Source: Ruditapes philippinarum (taxonomy: Eukaryota). From it: a DNA stretch of 64,000 bases. Both the position numbers and the translations under genes were made by a program. The notes beneath the pieces were generated by a model. It was not told where the DNA came from. It ran no database searches and worked only from the letters and a program-made list of their open reading frames with translations. The stretch is taken from the NCBI RefSeq assembly GCF_026571515.1, contig NW_026853809.1, forward strand, positions 124,001 through 188,000. Direction: 5' to 3'. Every line of letters starts with the position of its first letter. Within the stretch, counting starts at the first letter, position 1. Below, piece after piece: positions 1 to 15,200 of this stretch.

Positions 1-2090
1 TGTCTTTTAAAAATATCGTCAATATGTCCAAGATGCATCATTTTATATACTAGCGTCTTCATTTTTCTTTTTTTTCTTTTTCTTTTTTTACAAAATAACA
101 GACACAAGAAACAAATAACTTTGCTTTTGGCACTTTAGTTGTCTTCTTTAGAAATTATTTCATTTTTTGTCACAATGCACAATGGAAAAAATTGTACGTA
201 TTTTAAGCAGCCTTCTTTTGAATTATTATCCATAGTTAACTGATCAAAGTATTTATTTGAAAAAAGAAATTCAAATGGGTGCATTAAGTATTTGCCAAGA
301 AATGCTATAACAAACAATTCTAAAAGTAAAGACAAAAAAGATAATAACATCGGAACAAAGAAACGGAAAGATATTTGGATGTAACACCATTTTTGAACCT
401 TGACCCTGCTTAACTTTAAGTATTTAGCCATTGCCAACCGCAAAAATTCCAGGATAGTTTGTACAGCTGTGCAATCTAACCAGGGTCTTTACTGTTGGCA
501 TTGATACGGAAATTTCCAAAAATACAAAAATGGACAAGTCGGTTATGACATTTAGAATGTTAGTTGTTTAAACACATACAAAGTACAAGAACATATATAT
601 ACTAGTAGTTCGTTTTTAAAGATATCAATTATTCTCAGACAAAACAACATGAAACTTATGTTCGTTTATCTACATACTCCTGTCATCACAAAATGCTTAT
701 GCACACCAGAACTGGCGAAGTTTCAAATAAATTCAAAGAAACGATTTGATTAAAAGACAACTTTGCTAGATTAACACTGTACTGTTTTTATTGTTGCACA
801 ATCCAAAATTTAAAGATATACTACGCTCAAATTTGATATTCGAAAATATTGATAATTGATTCACAGTCTCTTTATAAGTAATAGATATACCATTGCTGCG
901 TTGGCGATTTCTGGCTTTGCGTAAATTATACCATAATCACGTGACCTTTCTTATGCCTTAACCTCACGAGACGAAATAAACGGGTTTTGACTTCATACAA
1001 AAGTAGATATATTATGTTTAAAATTCTACAAACTATAGATTGTCAAAATATAAATGTATAGTGTTAAAAAAGGTCATTTCTTTGAAAGAAAATACCAACT
1101 TTACTTGACCCGTAATAGGGAATGCAGCTTCCCATACATAGTTTATTCATTCTTTTATTCAAGTTAGACATATTCAGTTAGAATTTCATAGATTTCAACA
1201 AATGTTTGTGATTTATTTTCACTAAAAGATGAGCATAGTATCTCTATAAGAAAGCGTATACAATATGATCTAATTATTAGATTATAGATAAAGTCCATTG
1301 ATCAGAACAATCACAAACTTACAATTGAAATTTAAATGGCAAGAAGTGCTCCATTATCAGTGAAAATTTTATCATAACTTTTTAATTGGACAATAATGTG
1401 ATCTATAATTGATATGCATATGCATTATATGTGTGTACTTACTCTGCAATACTTTATTATGATATGAATACACACTCCTCGTAAATATATCCGTTAGTCA
1501 TTCACTATGTAACTTCTATAACTGATACCAGAGCTTGTCCTAGAATACAGTCAATCGATGACAGCAAGTTTCAATATAATGTATTCTCACACTTGAAATG
1601 GTTGCTTGAAATATCAATACACAATGCAAGACCACCACAACAAAAGAATGCTATCTCACTTAACGTCCCGCAAGAGATAACAAGTAGAGATTTTGATGCT
1701 AAAGCATCAAGTCGCCGGATAGAAATATGATTGTATTATCATAAATAAAAGAAAATATCAGTTTATTGATAAATTTAACAAAAATTTGAGTAATGTTTAC
1801 ATAAACACGTAATCATTTACTTGCCACAATTATTTCTTTCTTGCTGAGAGTTTTATGCAATAAATTTATGTTATGTTATAATAAAACATCATATTTGAAG
1901 CAAACTTGCTTAGCAATTTTGTCAAGAAACTGTTATCATTATTAAATAAGCAAGTATTGTTTGGCAATATTTACCCGAGACTCAATAATTTCCGGGAGCT
2001 CTTCCGTTTGCTTACATAACTTATTATCATTATTGTTAACGATTTTATTGTAAGTATAATTACATGTATAATTATATTAATTAATACTGC

Positions 2091-2166
2091 TTGATGGCCT
2101 AGTGGTAAGTATGACGAAGTTGTAACCTACATGTAGTAGGCGCAAGTTCGAATCTCGGACAAATCC
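2091..2166 (+). mobile_element. Degenerate tRNA-derived SINE head
   Basis: Pol III A-box-like TGGCCTAGTGG and B-box GTTCGAATC at tRNA-like spacing; no convincing cloverleaf. Confidence 0.45.
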
Positions 2167-2857
2167 TGTTTGTAATTTTCATAAATTGATTTTTATTATA
2201 TCTTTTAACTTTATGAAACATAAGTTGATAAATCGTGTGCTTCACTTTTTTATTACATAATTTTGATAAACGGTCAAGTTTTGCAAAATACAAAAAGTAT
2301 TATAAACCCCCCCCCCCCCCAAAAAAAATCACTTTATCGAACCTACAGTCTTCAATTTGAAACTAACTTAAAATCTAACACCTTGTCACCGAGGCTTGTA
2401 AAGCAAGTGATATGATTATAATTCTACTTGTAATTCTACTTTATACATATACCGTTATACGTATGGTTTTCTTCAGCATCCGATAATTACCGAAAACTTA
2501 TTACCGATCATCAAATATTTGCAAAGTGACTATGAAAATATATATGCTTAATTATTGCATAAAACAATGCAATTCTACTGTAAAAGTGGTGTCTGCATAA
2601 AAAAAAATATTCTTATGCACTATCGAAAAAATATATTATTTAGCTGAAATCAATATTCCTGTCGTAACATACGATAAAGTTAACGTTTAATTGCCTTTCA
2701 GTGCAATAAACTATCAACACAAAGACGGCTTATTAGTTTTCTCCTTGTATCCAATACGATTCTGGCCCCTACTGTCATACCGAGATTTTTCATACAAAAT
2801 TACTTTGATTTGCACTTTATCAGCTGCCAACCATTCACGAATTACCTGTATGATGTC

Positions 2858-2986
2858 TACTATTAATAGATTTTATAACAATAACATACAACGTGTAGTC
2901 ACGTGATTCTGGGAGAAACTGTTACTATTAATAGACTTTATAACAATAACATACAACGTGTAGTCACGTGATTCTGGGAGAAACTG
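2858..2986. repeat. Two-copy direct tandem duplication, about 65-bp period
   Basis: tactattaataga(t/c)tttataacaataacatacaacgtgtagtcacgtgattctgggagaaactg occurs twice, back to back. Confidence 0.9.
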
Positions 2987-3734
2987 ATTATAATAAATAA
3001 GATAAAAAAAAATAGAATACGTCTCATAAGATACAAACAAACAGATAATTTAAAAGTGTCATTTCAAATATCATGCATGATTTATTTATCATAAAATAGA
3101 AACGCTTGACACTTAAAAAAAGGTAAAAGCATCCCTAAATTAAATGACTGGTCCATAGGGATACGTCATTTATTCATTTTATAAAAATTGTAATGTTGCT
3201 TTTTACGATGTCAATATTTGAATATTTCATTTCACTGAGCAAAATTATTGTATGTTTGAATTTTTGAGATTACTGAAAACAATTGTAGTCTTTAATTGTT
3301 CAGTAATTGTTATGCTTTTATTTACAGAAATTAATGCCTTCTCCTACCATAGGTATAATATTAAACTGTTACAAATATAGTCGCCGGTTTCTACCGGCGA
3401 CTAATAATAAAATGGAGGAGAAAAACTATAAATGGCTGCTGTAGTAATTATCTTGTTAACACAGAGGCGTTTGACCGTAATTAATCTAGGATTTAGGACC
3501 AGTCTCTCAATTATTCCATGGTTACTAGTAAATTAATGCTTATGAATTAATTGCGACTTATATCTTCCGGCGGCCATTCTTGACATTTATTGCGATTTGA
3601 GACAAATGATCTTCATCAGTAAAATACTCTTCAGTCTTCTTTAAACAATATTTCAATTATACAAAATATAATGAAGGTATAATATTTAGTAAATAACAAA
3701 CAGATTTGATCAGATATCTCTTATTATTAAAGTG

Positions 3735-3815
3735 TGGAACCAATTATCCAGAAGGACCAGAAATATATAATAAGACAAATGAAGTACAGGACAACTTTTT
3801 ACAGCTGCCACACAG
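3735..3815 (+). repeat. Dispersed repeat fragment; inverted copy at about 63020-63105
   Basis: aattatccagaaggaccagaaat...gaagtac...aactttttacagctgccacac matches the reverse complement of 63020-63105. Confidence 0.6.
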
Positions 3816-5434
3816 CCAGTTGGCAACGACTAAAGTGGCGTGGCTTAGTTGAAATTTCTTTCACAGTGAGGAAAATATTTTTATTATAATAAAACGAGTA
3901 AGACAACAACCTTTAAGGATTCAACTAGGTGTATTTATATTAAATGATTGTTTCTGTAAAAATCCTCAAAATTTTGTAAATTATTTCTGTCGTACATGTA
4001 CAAACTACGGTAATCGTCCTTTGAAATTATGATCCTTTTTTTTGTACTTGAAATTATGAATGCTTCAGCGTTCAAATTTCAAGACAGAGTTGGACTCATC
4101 TCTTATACGGACCTATGAAGTCATGGTTGCAATTTTGAATTTAGAAAAATCCGCAGATGTGTTCATACGGCGGTTATCATGGAACCTTCAATGTGACACT
4201 TTCGTGACATTCCATGAAAAGCGGCGTCTGACCCTAAGTAATAGAAAGCGTGTGCCCTAAACGAGAAAACAATGGGCGGAACTAAACAAAATGGACTTTT
4301 GAAAGGGGATCAGAGTTAATGAATCCTGCGTATCACAGATAAAACGTCAAAAGACAAAAGACGATATTTTAAATAGATACAATTATTTATAGTTTTTGAA
4401 CTAGATATAAAACAGCAAATTTGATCATCATATTAGAATGACTGCAACTATATAGCGAAAAGCGGTAAAAATTTTACAAGCTATGATCCCTTAATGTCGA
4501 TGAAAGCAAGCAATAAAAGAGAATTCAACCTTTTAATGATATTGTTTAAATAGTTTGTAGAAGTTGTGTAAAGTCTCAGGCACAATATTCATCGCACTAA
4601 TTATTTATAAAAGAAGGTACATAATGATAATTCATACCTTTTGAATGGCTTTGCTGGAGATAAAATATCATATAGCTTATGCTAGGGTCACAGATGTTGT
4701 TCTTTTCATTGTCATTCTTGAATAGACCTAGTTTAGACCTAGATTAAACTAATTGATTTTTCAGTACATTTCTTTATTGCTTTTTAGGTATATCTATATT
4801 TTAACTTTCAACATCCGTTTCTTTAATGATAAGCAGTTTTGCATCTTTCCTAATGTTTTCAGGTGATCCAGTTTTGTCGATTCTAAAATTTTCAACGCTG
4901 AAAATTTGATTACTTCTACAGCCAGCACTATGGGGCCATAATATATGTATTATATCGTTATGTATTACTTTTTGTACTACTTAAACTCAAACCGAATCGA
5001 CTATTTGCACTTATGATGAATATTCTCTGTTGTTTTAAGATAATGTTTGTAAAATGCCTAGTAGTTCGAGATTTGTCGCATTATTTTTATAAAGCCTTGT
5101 TTTATACTGTTATAAAGCCTTGTTTTATACTGTTTCAAAGCCCTGCTTTATTTTAAACGTGCCGTAAAGTGTTAATATGTTTGAATTATGCAGACTTATA
5201 CAGTAAACAATATCTCATGCTTCAAACAATATCTCAGACATAGCAAATACTTGTGCACATCTCCAAATGCCTTGTTCAACATGATGAAGATCTGGCATGC
5301 TTTCAAATATATGGGTTTAAATTCTACTTTTTCTGACTAGACACCTGTGTGCACCTGTAATAATATGATGCAAGCAGAACATCTGGATTTTCTTTGGTCA
5401 TATATACCCGGATATAATAATTGTCTTTTTGTAT

Positions 5435-5780
5435 TTTATATCATAGTTTGGAGACCTTTCTGTTGAAAATGTGCTAAATCGTATACATATACATGCTTAG
5501 TGCGTTAACTGGAGTGCAGGTATTTTAGTTACCCTAACTCAAAAGCATATCCATTGATTGGCTCTTTTATTCTGGGGTTTACTCATGTGACGGCAGAGAA
5601 AGGGATAGCGATAGAAATATCATATTCAGATGATCGTTTATTGGTAACTTTTCTTGGAGTTTCATATTGTGACAACATGGGATTTTTTTTTATTTTTGCC
5701 TATGATAAAAAAGAGAAAGAACAGCAAAACATTCAGCAAGCGCATTTACAAATCAGATAGTCTCGTGTTTTGATACTTAT
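5435..5780 (+). mobile_element. Dispersed repeat; inverted copy at about 43230-43612
   Basis: Long collinear similarity to the reverse complement of 43245-43612 (tcatagtttgg.gacctttctgttgaaaatg...atatcatattcagatg...tttcatattgtgacaac...acaaatcaga.a..ctcgtgtt). Confidence 0.8.
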
Positions 5781-6127
5781 GTATCTTGTATAACATACTA
5801 ACATTTAAAGTTGTTAAAATGATATCTAAATTATAGATATTTGTGTAAAGACTTTCATTTTAAAAGGCGCCATTGGCCAATGCAGCTAAATGTGTTTTAT
5901 TCTTTAAACCTGAACCTAACGAACATTTCAATTTTGCAGAATGGACCTAGTCATTGGAAAGTTACAAAATATGTACTGAATTAATAGCGAAAAGTGCAAG
6001 CTCTTGATCTGCATTGGTCGCATATGTAGAATCTGTTGCAGGCTAAATGTTAATAAATCAATGCTGATCTCAGCAATATGAAATTTAATTGCTGTTTTTA
6101 GTGATCTTTCTGCCAAACAATGGAATT

Positions 6128-6362
6128 GAGCCGCGTCACGACAAAACCAACATAGTGCGTTTGCGACCAGCATGGATCCAGACCAGCCTGCGCATCCGCA
6201 CAGTCTGATCAGTATCCATGCTGTTCGCTTACCAACCCTTTTACAAGTAGAAAAACTGATGGCGAACAGCATGGATCCTGATCAGACTGCGCGTCTGGGC
6301 AGGCTGGTCTGGATCCATGCTGGTCGCAAACCCATTATGTTGGATTTGTCGTGACGCGGCTC
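6128..6362. mobile_element. Palindromic MITE with GAG...CTC termini, copy 1
   Basis: About 100-bp inverted arms (GAGCCGCGTCACGACAAA.CCAACA... / ...TTTGTCGTGACGCGGCTC); three copies in the window. Confidence 0.9.
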
Positions 6363-8919
6363 AAATGGTTTTTACCCATCAATCATTGAATGATCAATAT
6401 AACCATCGACGAAATCACTCTTATTAATGAAATATTCTCAGCCCTGGAAACAGTTTAACTATTGACACGCATCTGTGGATTAAATTATCTTGTTATATTT
6501 TGGCTAAAGGTGGTCCTTTGGGAAATTAAATGGAAAGAAATTTAGCTGAAATATTTGCTGTTGCATGTGTCGGATCAAGACACGAGATGTTAAAGCTGAT
6601 CACCACAATTATTTGATAATCGTTTACTAGAATATTTCTAACATTTTGAAGACATTTGTTTTAATTCCAAGCAAGTTCCTAGTTATAAGTGAGATACAAT
6701 TTATATAACTCACTGCATATGTCCCATTGCATAGACTGAAAATATGATTTGGAAGGCATTGCCAATAATACAGAACTCGGTAACACATGGGTAAAAAATG
6801 TACGTATACAATAAACAAGTACGAGATGCAGCAATATAGTTGTATAAATACTCTGCAAAAAATATGTGCAGATTAAATAGATAATGTAAAAAAATAAGAT
6901 GAATAAAAGGACATTCCAACTGATGGAAGGAAATCGTAGGACATGAATTTGTAATTAAAGAACAAACCTGATTTTTAACTTTTTTTTTTAAAAAGTTTAT
7001 GTCAATAAGATTTTACACTGATCTACAATAGAATATCTATATACATGGTATACATGATACTGTTTATAATTAATTATCATTGATAAGTAGTACATTTTAT
7101 ATTGCAGTCTCAAAGCAGCTCAATTAAATATTACATTCTAAGTATTGCGAGATTTTATCTTTCATAGATTATTGAAACTTGTCCGGTTTTCAAAGTTCTC
7201 TTAAATGTTAAACCAATTAGCCAAATATCTATCAAAGAAATTCAACAAGTCCCATTTACTTTCTATTTTACCTCAGAAATCCTTGCTCAATTTTGAAGAC
7301 AGCAGCCAGTTGCATTAAATTTCGGAAGACATAGACAAGAGAAGATTTTCTCGGCAAATGATCAATAACTTTTAACGATTGATGTTGCCGACAACTAATA
7401 ATCTGAGAGTGTCGGCATCACTTTAGAAAACTGTCAGTGATTTCCAGACAAATTGTACTGGTAAACGGCTTCAACAGGCATTAGTTCAGGAGTCAAGAAT
7501 TTATATATTGCTACAAAGAATCTTTTCTCTATACTTTTCTGTTACTTACACATTTTGTATTTCTATATGTAACGATATAAAAATATTACTAGATCTATTC
7601 CCTTTAAGAATTTTGTGAATTTAACTCAATGAACAGCTAAGATTTAAGCACAAAACTGACATTTCAGTTCACTATAAATCAAGGCCAACTTGTACAGTCT
7701 AATAAGACTCTTTATTGCTGGCACACTTGTTTTCACAAAAAGATGCACAGATCCCTGACCTGTCTAATTCTTATTATCAGAGTAGGGATCCATCACTTGA
7801 TAATGAACAGTTGCAAAATAAGAAGCCTGAAAATCAGCAGGTTATTGGTTGAGACAAATAACAATTGGAAGCTGTCAGTTTTGTACAGACAAAAACATAC
7901 TGTGGATGGATTATGAGCTTTATAAACAATCTTATTTTAGTATCTTGATATGTTTTAAAGGTATATGGAATGGTTACATATGATTGATAATTACATAACA
8001 TAATTTATTTAACCTTTGCATTATCCGAAAAGGGAAGCATCCCAGCTATGGTTACACGTGTTTTTTTCCAGGGAAATCTAACTGGCGTGGGTGGAGGGTA
8101 AAAGACGGTGGGCTAAAGAAATGGTGTCTTGTTATATAAAATAAATTCTCAACACATGTATCAGAGTTTTTTCTCAAGTTTGGGAATGGTGTTGGTACTA
8201 GACTAATTGGGAAAAAATGCGTTATTTTGATTTAAATTGGCAAAGAAAAATTTATGCATTTTTCAGCTAAAAATAAAATTAGTTATCATCAATAAAGATA
8301 TCTAACAGCTTCCATTGTCCAAGTAGAACTATTGAGTGGTGATTTATATGAATATGTTGAATTTAAATGATTTCAGAGAAATCACTTGGCCTTGTGGGAA
8401 TTTTGATCAGCCATTTTGGGAATTAAAACATAGAAGTTGGGAATTTTCAGGTCTATTTTCTATTGGGAACAGTACTGTTTTAGGGTAGTAGTTATATACT
8501 GAAAAAAACACTGTATATATCATCATTAATTTTTATCACTCAAAAATGTTCATAATCTGACATGCAGTTTTGGGCCAGTATATTACCTCACAATTAAAGT
8601 CCTACAATGTAAATTTTCATAACTGAATATAATATTATTTTCTATTTCCCTGATTGTTTTTTTTAAAAAGAATGGTATACGAACATAATGAGACTTTATA
8701 CCTAATTTGAAAAAAAAAATTGCCACGCGGACTACGGCTTAAGTCAAGCTGATATTTTAAGATCGTACTTTCTAGGCCAGTGCAATGTGTTTGATATTAT
8801 TCTAAAGACGAGCTATTTGCATTACCTCACCTGCAACGAAAATGGACAATTAAGGTGACTGTTAAATCTGGAAAGTGGTGCCTTTTTATGAAAAATAAAC
8901 AAAATAAAACAAAACAAAA

Positions 8920-8924
8920 GCAGC

Positions 8925-8965
<41 letters not shown>
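8920..8965. repeat. (CAG)n/(CAA)n microsatellite
   Basis: Visible run of cagcagcag... followed by caacaa; no coding context found. Confidence 0.9.
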
Positions 8966-8966
<1 letters not shown>

Positions 8967-11515
8967 CGCAAAAACAACAACAATCACAAAAATAAAAACA
9001 CAAAATAAAATAAAATCTTTATATATTAGCACGAGGCCCAGAGCCTATGACAAGCAGTCATTCTGCAACCTCGTTTCTTACACCTGATATTGCCGGAAAG
9101 GAAAGCATGCGAGCCTGGAAAATGATACATATTATTAAAATACATTTAAGAGTTTTTAAACATAATTATTTTCAAAATAAGCGATAAAATGCAGTATTGT
9201 TATTCGTTTGTTGATTTTGTTATAGTGGGCTGTTCTGCCCTAATTTCATAACTTGCGTTCCAGTAAACGATTTAATACATCTTTATTAGTTTGAGTAAAA
9301 AAAACAAACTTCGTACTCTGATTGAGAGTTGAGGACTTCCGTTTTTATTTCTCCCGACACCAATATGTTTAATATATGGATCCACAAAGTACGTTTTTAT
9401 TATAATTATATCTAGAAGTGTTTAAATTATGATCAACCAATTACTCAAAGTATGAAGTAAAGCATGTTACTTTTAATATCTAAAATGGTCAAGGGGGAGA
9501 ACTGTTGAATCATGTTATAGATTGAAGTTAGGCACGTTTATCGCCAATCACAGCATAATCGGAGTAAATCAGAATAAAACAAAAATACTGGCATAACCGA
9601 CTTTGCGTAGCACACAACTATTATTGTCAGGAATAAACCTGCAGTATTGCATATGCAGCTAGTAGAAGCTTAACATTATATCTTGGCACTCTTACAATTA
9701 CTTCTGATGTGATTACACTTTAATAAAGAATACAAATTGTTGTCAAATATTGTTGGCTTGTTTTCATCGTTTATACAATCAAATATGTCTAATGTCTAGA
9801 ATATTATCGCAAAATGTCTTATTATTACTTTTCCCATATTTGCATATTATAGGGAAAGCAAAGAAAATTACTTAAACAGAGACCGATAAACAAAAAACTC
9901 ACAAAACAACAAAAAAAAAAAACCAACAAAAAAAAAAACCAACAAAAAAAAAAAAACAACAACACAAAAACAACACAACACACTAACCGACCCCCACCCC
10001 AAAAAACACACACACAACAACAAATTAAAAAGTATAAAAGTCATAATGTCCGATGGAAAATTTAAATATTAATAACTTAATTTATACATCTAATGAAATA
10101 ATTTATTCAAGATTGATGCCGCTTTTAAAATTAACCATTCTTTCTTAAACCTCCTAGTGACCGATAAATTATGTTTAAATATATTATAAATCAATCTAGA
10201 TACTTATCACTAAAATTATCGACAGGTTTAATGAAGACATTTATATTGAGCAATTTTATAACGATACCCTTTCGTTCTTAAATAAAGAATTTTTGGTTTA
10301 AATTTTCAAAATTGTGTCAATAACTACATTAATGATAAGTCCGGTGATTTATGGCATTGGTGAATACTTAAAAGTTCAATTTATTTCAAGGGTCTTAAAT
10401 TTAGGACTTTTCTTGTACAACATAAATATTACAGATAGTGTATATAGTAATGATATAGGTAGAAATATCAAAATCTTCAGCTAGGTCTTGTTATTCGGAA
10501 TGACAAGAGGGCGAGCGGGGTTCCATAAATAATGAATATAAGATAGATAAATCACTAATTGATTATTTGCGAATTTTCCTATCGATCTATTACAGATGAC
10601 GGGGGATTTTTCTGTAATCCCTCTTTTTGAATTTTCTTAAGATAAATTAATACGCAAGTTTGGGTTGCTACTGTAAACGTATCTACTGTTGCCAACAATT
10701 TTCACCACTGCACGTGCAGACGATGAAATAGCAATTGTATTAATGCGCGTGTTATTTTACTTTTGTATGACAAAAAAGTGTTAAAAGCTTTAGTTTTGAT
10801 TTGATATTTCAATAACACAGGTACGTTATTCTTTAGAGATAAATTTACAGTTGAAATGGATTTAAAACTTGCAATTTTAAGTAGAAAACGGAAGTAATCA
10901 AATAAATTTTGAAAAATTGATTGCTTTCCAAGTATATATTTAAAAAAAAAATGAAAAGAGATTTTTAAGATACAAAACTGATAAATTTAAGATTTCTTTT
11001 CTAGACTAAATAGCAAAAATAGAAGTAATAATGATTAATAGAATCAATATTAATATCAATTTACAATATAAACTGTGGTCATTTTGAGCTTAATGATTTT
11101 TGTAACTATTAGCTTACAACATTTTAATTTCTATGACTTATCTGTTATTCATTAGTACTTTAAGTTACATAGAATGACTTTAAAAGTTATCAATTTCGAA
11201 TGGTAACAAAATTGTGGTTCGTTTTAAAATTATATTTCATTATCCTAAAAAAAGGCGGAAATGTTTACTAAGTCAATATCGAGCTGTATATAGTATCTTT
11301 TTGTAAAATTTTGATATGTTTAATTTATCTTCATTACTTATATGAAATTCTTTACTGTAAAAATTTGTCAGATCTTATTTGAGAAGATATTCCTTAAGTG
11401 TGGTTTACAACGAGGCGCGGTTGTTAAACTATTGTATCTCCAAAGTGGTCCTATAAATTAAAAGCGGGTATACAAAGGCAAAAGATAGCTCTTAATGTCC
11501 ATTGATTTCATATAT

Positions 11516-11748
11516 GAGCCGCGTCACGACAAACCCAACATAGTGCGTTTGCGACCAGCATGGATCCAGACCAGCCTGCGCATCCGCGCAGTCTGATCAG
11601 GATCCATGCTGTTCGCTTACAAACCCTATTTCAAGTAGAGAAACTGATAGCGAACAGCATGGATCCTGATCAGACTGCGCGGATGCGCAGGCTGGTCTAG
11701 ATCCATGCTGGTCGCAAACCCATTATTTGGTTTGTCGTTACGCGGCTC
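11516..11748. mobile_element. Palindromic MITE, copy 2
   Basis: Near-identical to 6128-6362. Confidence 0.9.
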
Positions 11749-12216
11749 AATTATATTGATATATTCTTCATTCAAACATTAAACGAACTTTGGTATCGTT
11801 AAATATATATTTAATTTCGTTAATTTATTGTTATGTCGTATAAATAACTGTCGTCTGCCAATTGATTTCTCCAGTCATAATAGCGATAATTTGCCAAAGT
11901 GGTATGAGCCAAAAATAAATGTCATTTTATATATGAAGTATAAAAAAAAACATGAATTTTGTAGATGTATTGTTGGAATGAATATATAGTATTTACAAAC
12001 ACTGCGAGGACTTTGGCATTTTTAGCATTTAAGTCATTTAAGTCGGATTTGAAATACAACACTTAAAAGTTCTGTGCAAAAAAATGATCAATAAATGTTA
12101 ATTGAAATTAATTCAAATAACATAATTTAAATAATTGAGATTTAAATTGGAGTTATGAAACGCCTCTTCAATTTGTATGTTTCATAGATAGAACAGTGAT
12201 CAAAGATTCATCACAG

Positions 12217-15200
12217 ATGGCGGACGATATTAAAGAAGGTAATTTATTATTATTACTTTTGTATAAATTATATCATTTTTATTTTCATTTCAGTCACAAA
12301 CTTTGTGAGTTCAATTTTCAGTTTAAAATTGACTTAGAAAAGAAAAAATGAAGAAAAAGCTTTATAAAAGAATATTTTTTATATTATTTTGTAAATTTTT
12401 TTGAATTCATTTATATGGATAAGTACTAGAAGTTTAAAGTGACATTATGCTCATTTTTTTCATTGTCAAATTGATAATGGTGATTCAACAACACATGATT
12501 TTTGAAAATGTTTAGGGTAAAAAATAAATCTACCTAAATATATAAAAATACTGTCTCCCACTATTTTTATAAATTGAAAGTTACAGATACATTCCGACGG
12601 ATAATTACACACATTTCACAGGGACCAGTGAGTTATTTATCGTTCATGTGAAGTAAATTATAAAATTGTAAGAAATTATGAGAAAATGTTAACTTATTTT
12701 GACTTCCACCTGTTCACTCTATATCTACCCATGGATGGGCTTAATGTCACTATAATCAATAATAATAATAAAAAAAAAAAAACATAATTATAATTTTTAT
12801 ATATCAACATGTATCTATATCATGGTTGGAATGCTTTTGCCGTTAGTATAGTGTCAGCGCACCCAGGCTCTATACTGTTAGCTAATTAATATAAATTTTT
12901 ATCATGAAATCTCTAAATTAAATCATGGGTAGTTCCCCCAAGTCACTGATAAAATGATGCAGTTGGCTAAAATGATAAGTATAATGTCTAAAGTTGGGTG
13001 ACCGTCCCCTTTTCTAAAATAAAAAGTCTGCCACATATTCAAATCAATATAACGTATAAAGCCATTGGTACAACTATTTAGAGAGAAAAAAATCTTATAT
13101 GACATAGGAGAAACATTATCAAAATATCACTTAATAGCCATTGCATGTCGACTTATACAAATACAATGGATTCGCAATTGCCGGTTTCTGGGATGTGGGA
13201 TGTGAAAAAAATAGTTCTTTCTCCGTAAAATATCGCACACGTTTGACACTCTTGAAGAACTTTGTGTTTCAAATACAAATGTGATGATTAAAGGAAAGCT
13301 ACTTTTTCTCGGCGTTTGAGCATTTGAAATGAATAGGTGAGACATGTTGCATACGAATATTCATGCACATGGTCTTACGAAATCTCTAAAATGAGCTATG
13401 ACAAATGGAGTTGAAATATGAGTATCTTAAAACTTTCATTGCATAATAAAAATAATGTAATGTACACGTGTCTAAACATAGGGATATCTGTGTTATGTAA
13501 ATTCATTAATTTTCGAATAGGATAAAGGTGGTCTATTGTACTACAATTCAATATCGGCTCTTATCCAGACAAATTTGTATTAATATAATAATTATCAAGG
13601 CATGTTTTGATCCACAAAATATATAACTCAGTGTATTTATAAGGTATAATGAGTATGAAAAGAATTTCAAGATCAATGTCAAATCTTGATTAAAACACTT
13701 AATCTTGTTTGTGTTTATTTTAAAGTGGAAAGGCAAAGTGCTTCGTAATAGATAACATATCTTGATATTATAAGATACACAAAACAATTGTCTAATTTAG
13801 TAAAATAATTATTCGAATATGAATTACATGTGACGTTTTACTGACTTTTTGATTTAAAATTGTTTTCTTATGGAAAAAGCCAGGATTAGTTGACAAAATA
13901 ATGTATGTTTAAAGGGATAAAACAGTTAAATGGATAATGTAATTTACTTCCTTCACTTTACTGACAATAATACATTGTGCTTCTTTTGTAGCTTGTACAC
14001 GTGCGTTTGCTTCCGTCGACGTGAATGGGCGGGGATATATCTCACGTGACCAGATGATATTAGCTCTACGAATATTGAATTTCAACCCAATAGATAGTGA
14101 AGTCGAGGACATGCTACATGAAAACGAAAGTCAAAGTAATAAACTAAAGTTTTTCTTCTATACATTCAGTAGTAAAAGTGTTTTCGCTGTATACATTCGA
14201 TAACAATATGCGTCTCGTATTTGAATAATCAAAGAAGACGGCCACGTGAACTCATAAGTAAGACCTTTATGGGGTTATATCAATTTGACATATTTACAAA
14301 AAGCAGTTAAAAAGGAGACTATGGCCCATTTTTTTCTTAATTACTTAATAATTTTAGTTGCTTTTGTGTTAGATAAACTTAAATGAATGCAATTTCCAAA
14401 TTTCCGAGTTTGAAATATCTCTACATACTGTACAGATAAACAGCCTAACATATGCCATTTCCTTTTTCGTATTTTGTTGTTAAAGCATAATTAACGAGTT
14501 GTTAGCGATATATAAACTAAAAAAAAGTAATATATTTGTTGTTACTTATGTCTAATATTTTCTGCATCTGCTACACCTCGGATAAAACCTTCATATACTG
14601 TACTTGTATATTAAGAACAGTACGTCACTGGCATTGTCAATCATTATTATTGCAAAAGGTTTTTTCTCATTATCATTTCACAAAGCAAAACGTATATACT
14701 TTTGTTATTTTTAACGTATATAGGTTTCACATACGAGGAGTTCGTTAACTTTGTATCTAGAATGAGACTACCTTCTTTGGAAGAACAGAAGATGGATCTT
14801 AGGGAAGCATTTGCACTTTTTGACAGGATGAACACAGGTTTGTTAGTAGTATTACATAAAATTAGATAAAATACGGAGGAATGACATGGATATAAATGAC
14901 AAATTTGCGTCCCGATGTCTCAACAATTTGTAAATTACTTAGCACATTGGATCCCAATCTCTAGTAAAAATTTTAAAGCCTATTGAGCACATTCGGTTCC
15001 TATCTCTAGGTAATATTTTAAAACCTATAGAGCATCTCTAGGGACCATTTTAAAGAATTTATAGAGCACATTTGATCTCCATCTCTATCCTATATAGCGC
15101 ATTGTGTCGCTATCTGTAGTGAACATTTTAAAGCCTATAAGGAGCACGTTGGGTCCCTATTTGTAGTAACATTTTAAAGCATATAGAGCAGATTGGGTTA

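Noticed and set aside
2091-2166. Possible tRNA gene
   Set aside because: A and B boxes are present but the acceptor and anticodon stems do not pair; treated as a SINE relic.
5928-6354. ORFs of 114 aa and 60 aa
   Set aside because: They derive from the palindromic MITE sequence.
7270-7510. Minus-strand segment bounded by AG/GT signals
   Set aside because: No convincing reading frame or recognisable protein; it cannot be assigned to a gene.
8162-8513. CAG...CTG short TIR pair (hAT-like MITE)
   Set aside because: The TIR match is short and imperfect and no 8-bp TSD is visible.
8920-8965. PolyQ-coding CAG tract
   Set aside because: Flanked by A-rich low-complexity sequence with no ORF or splice context.
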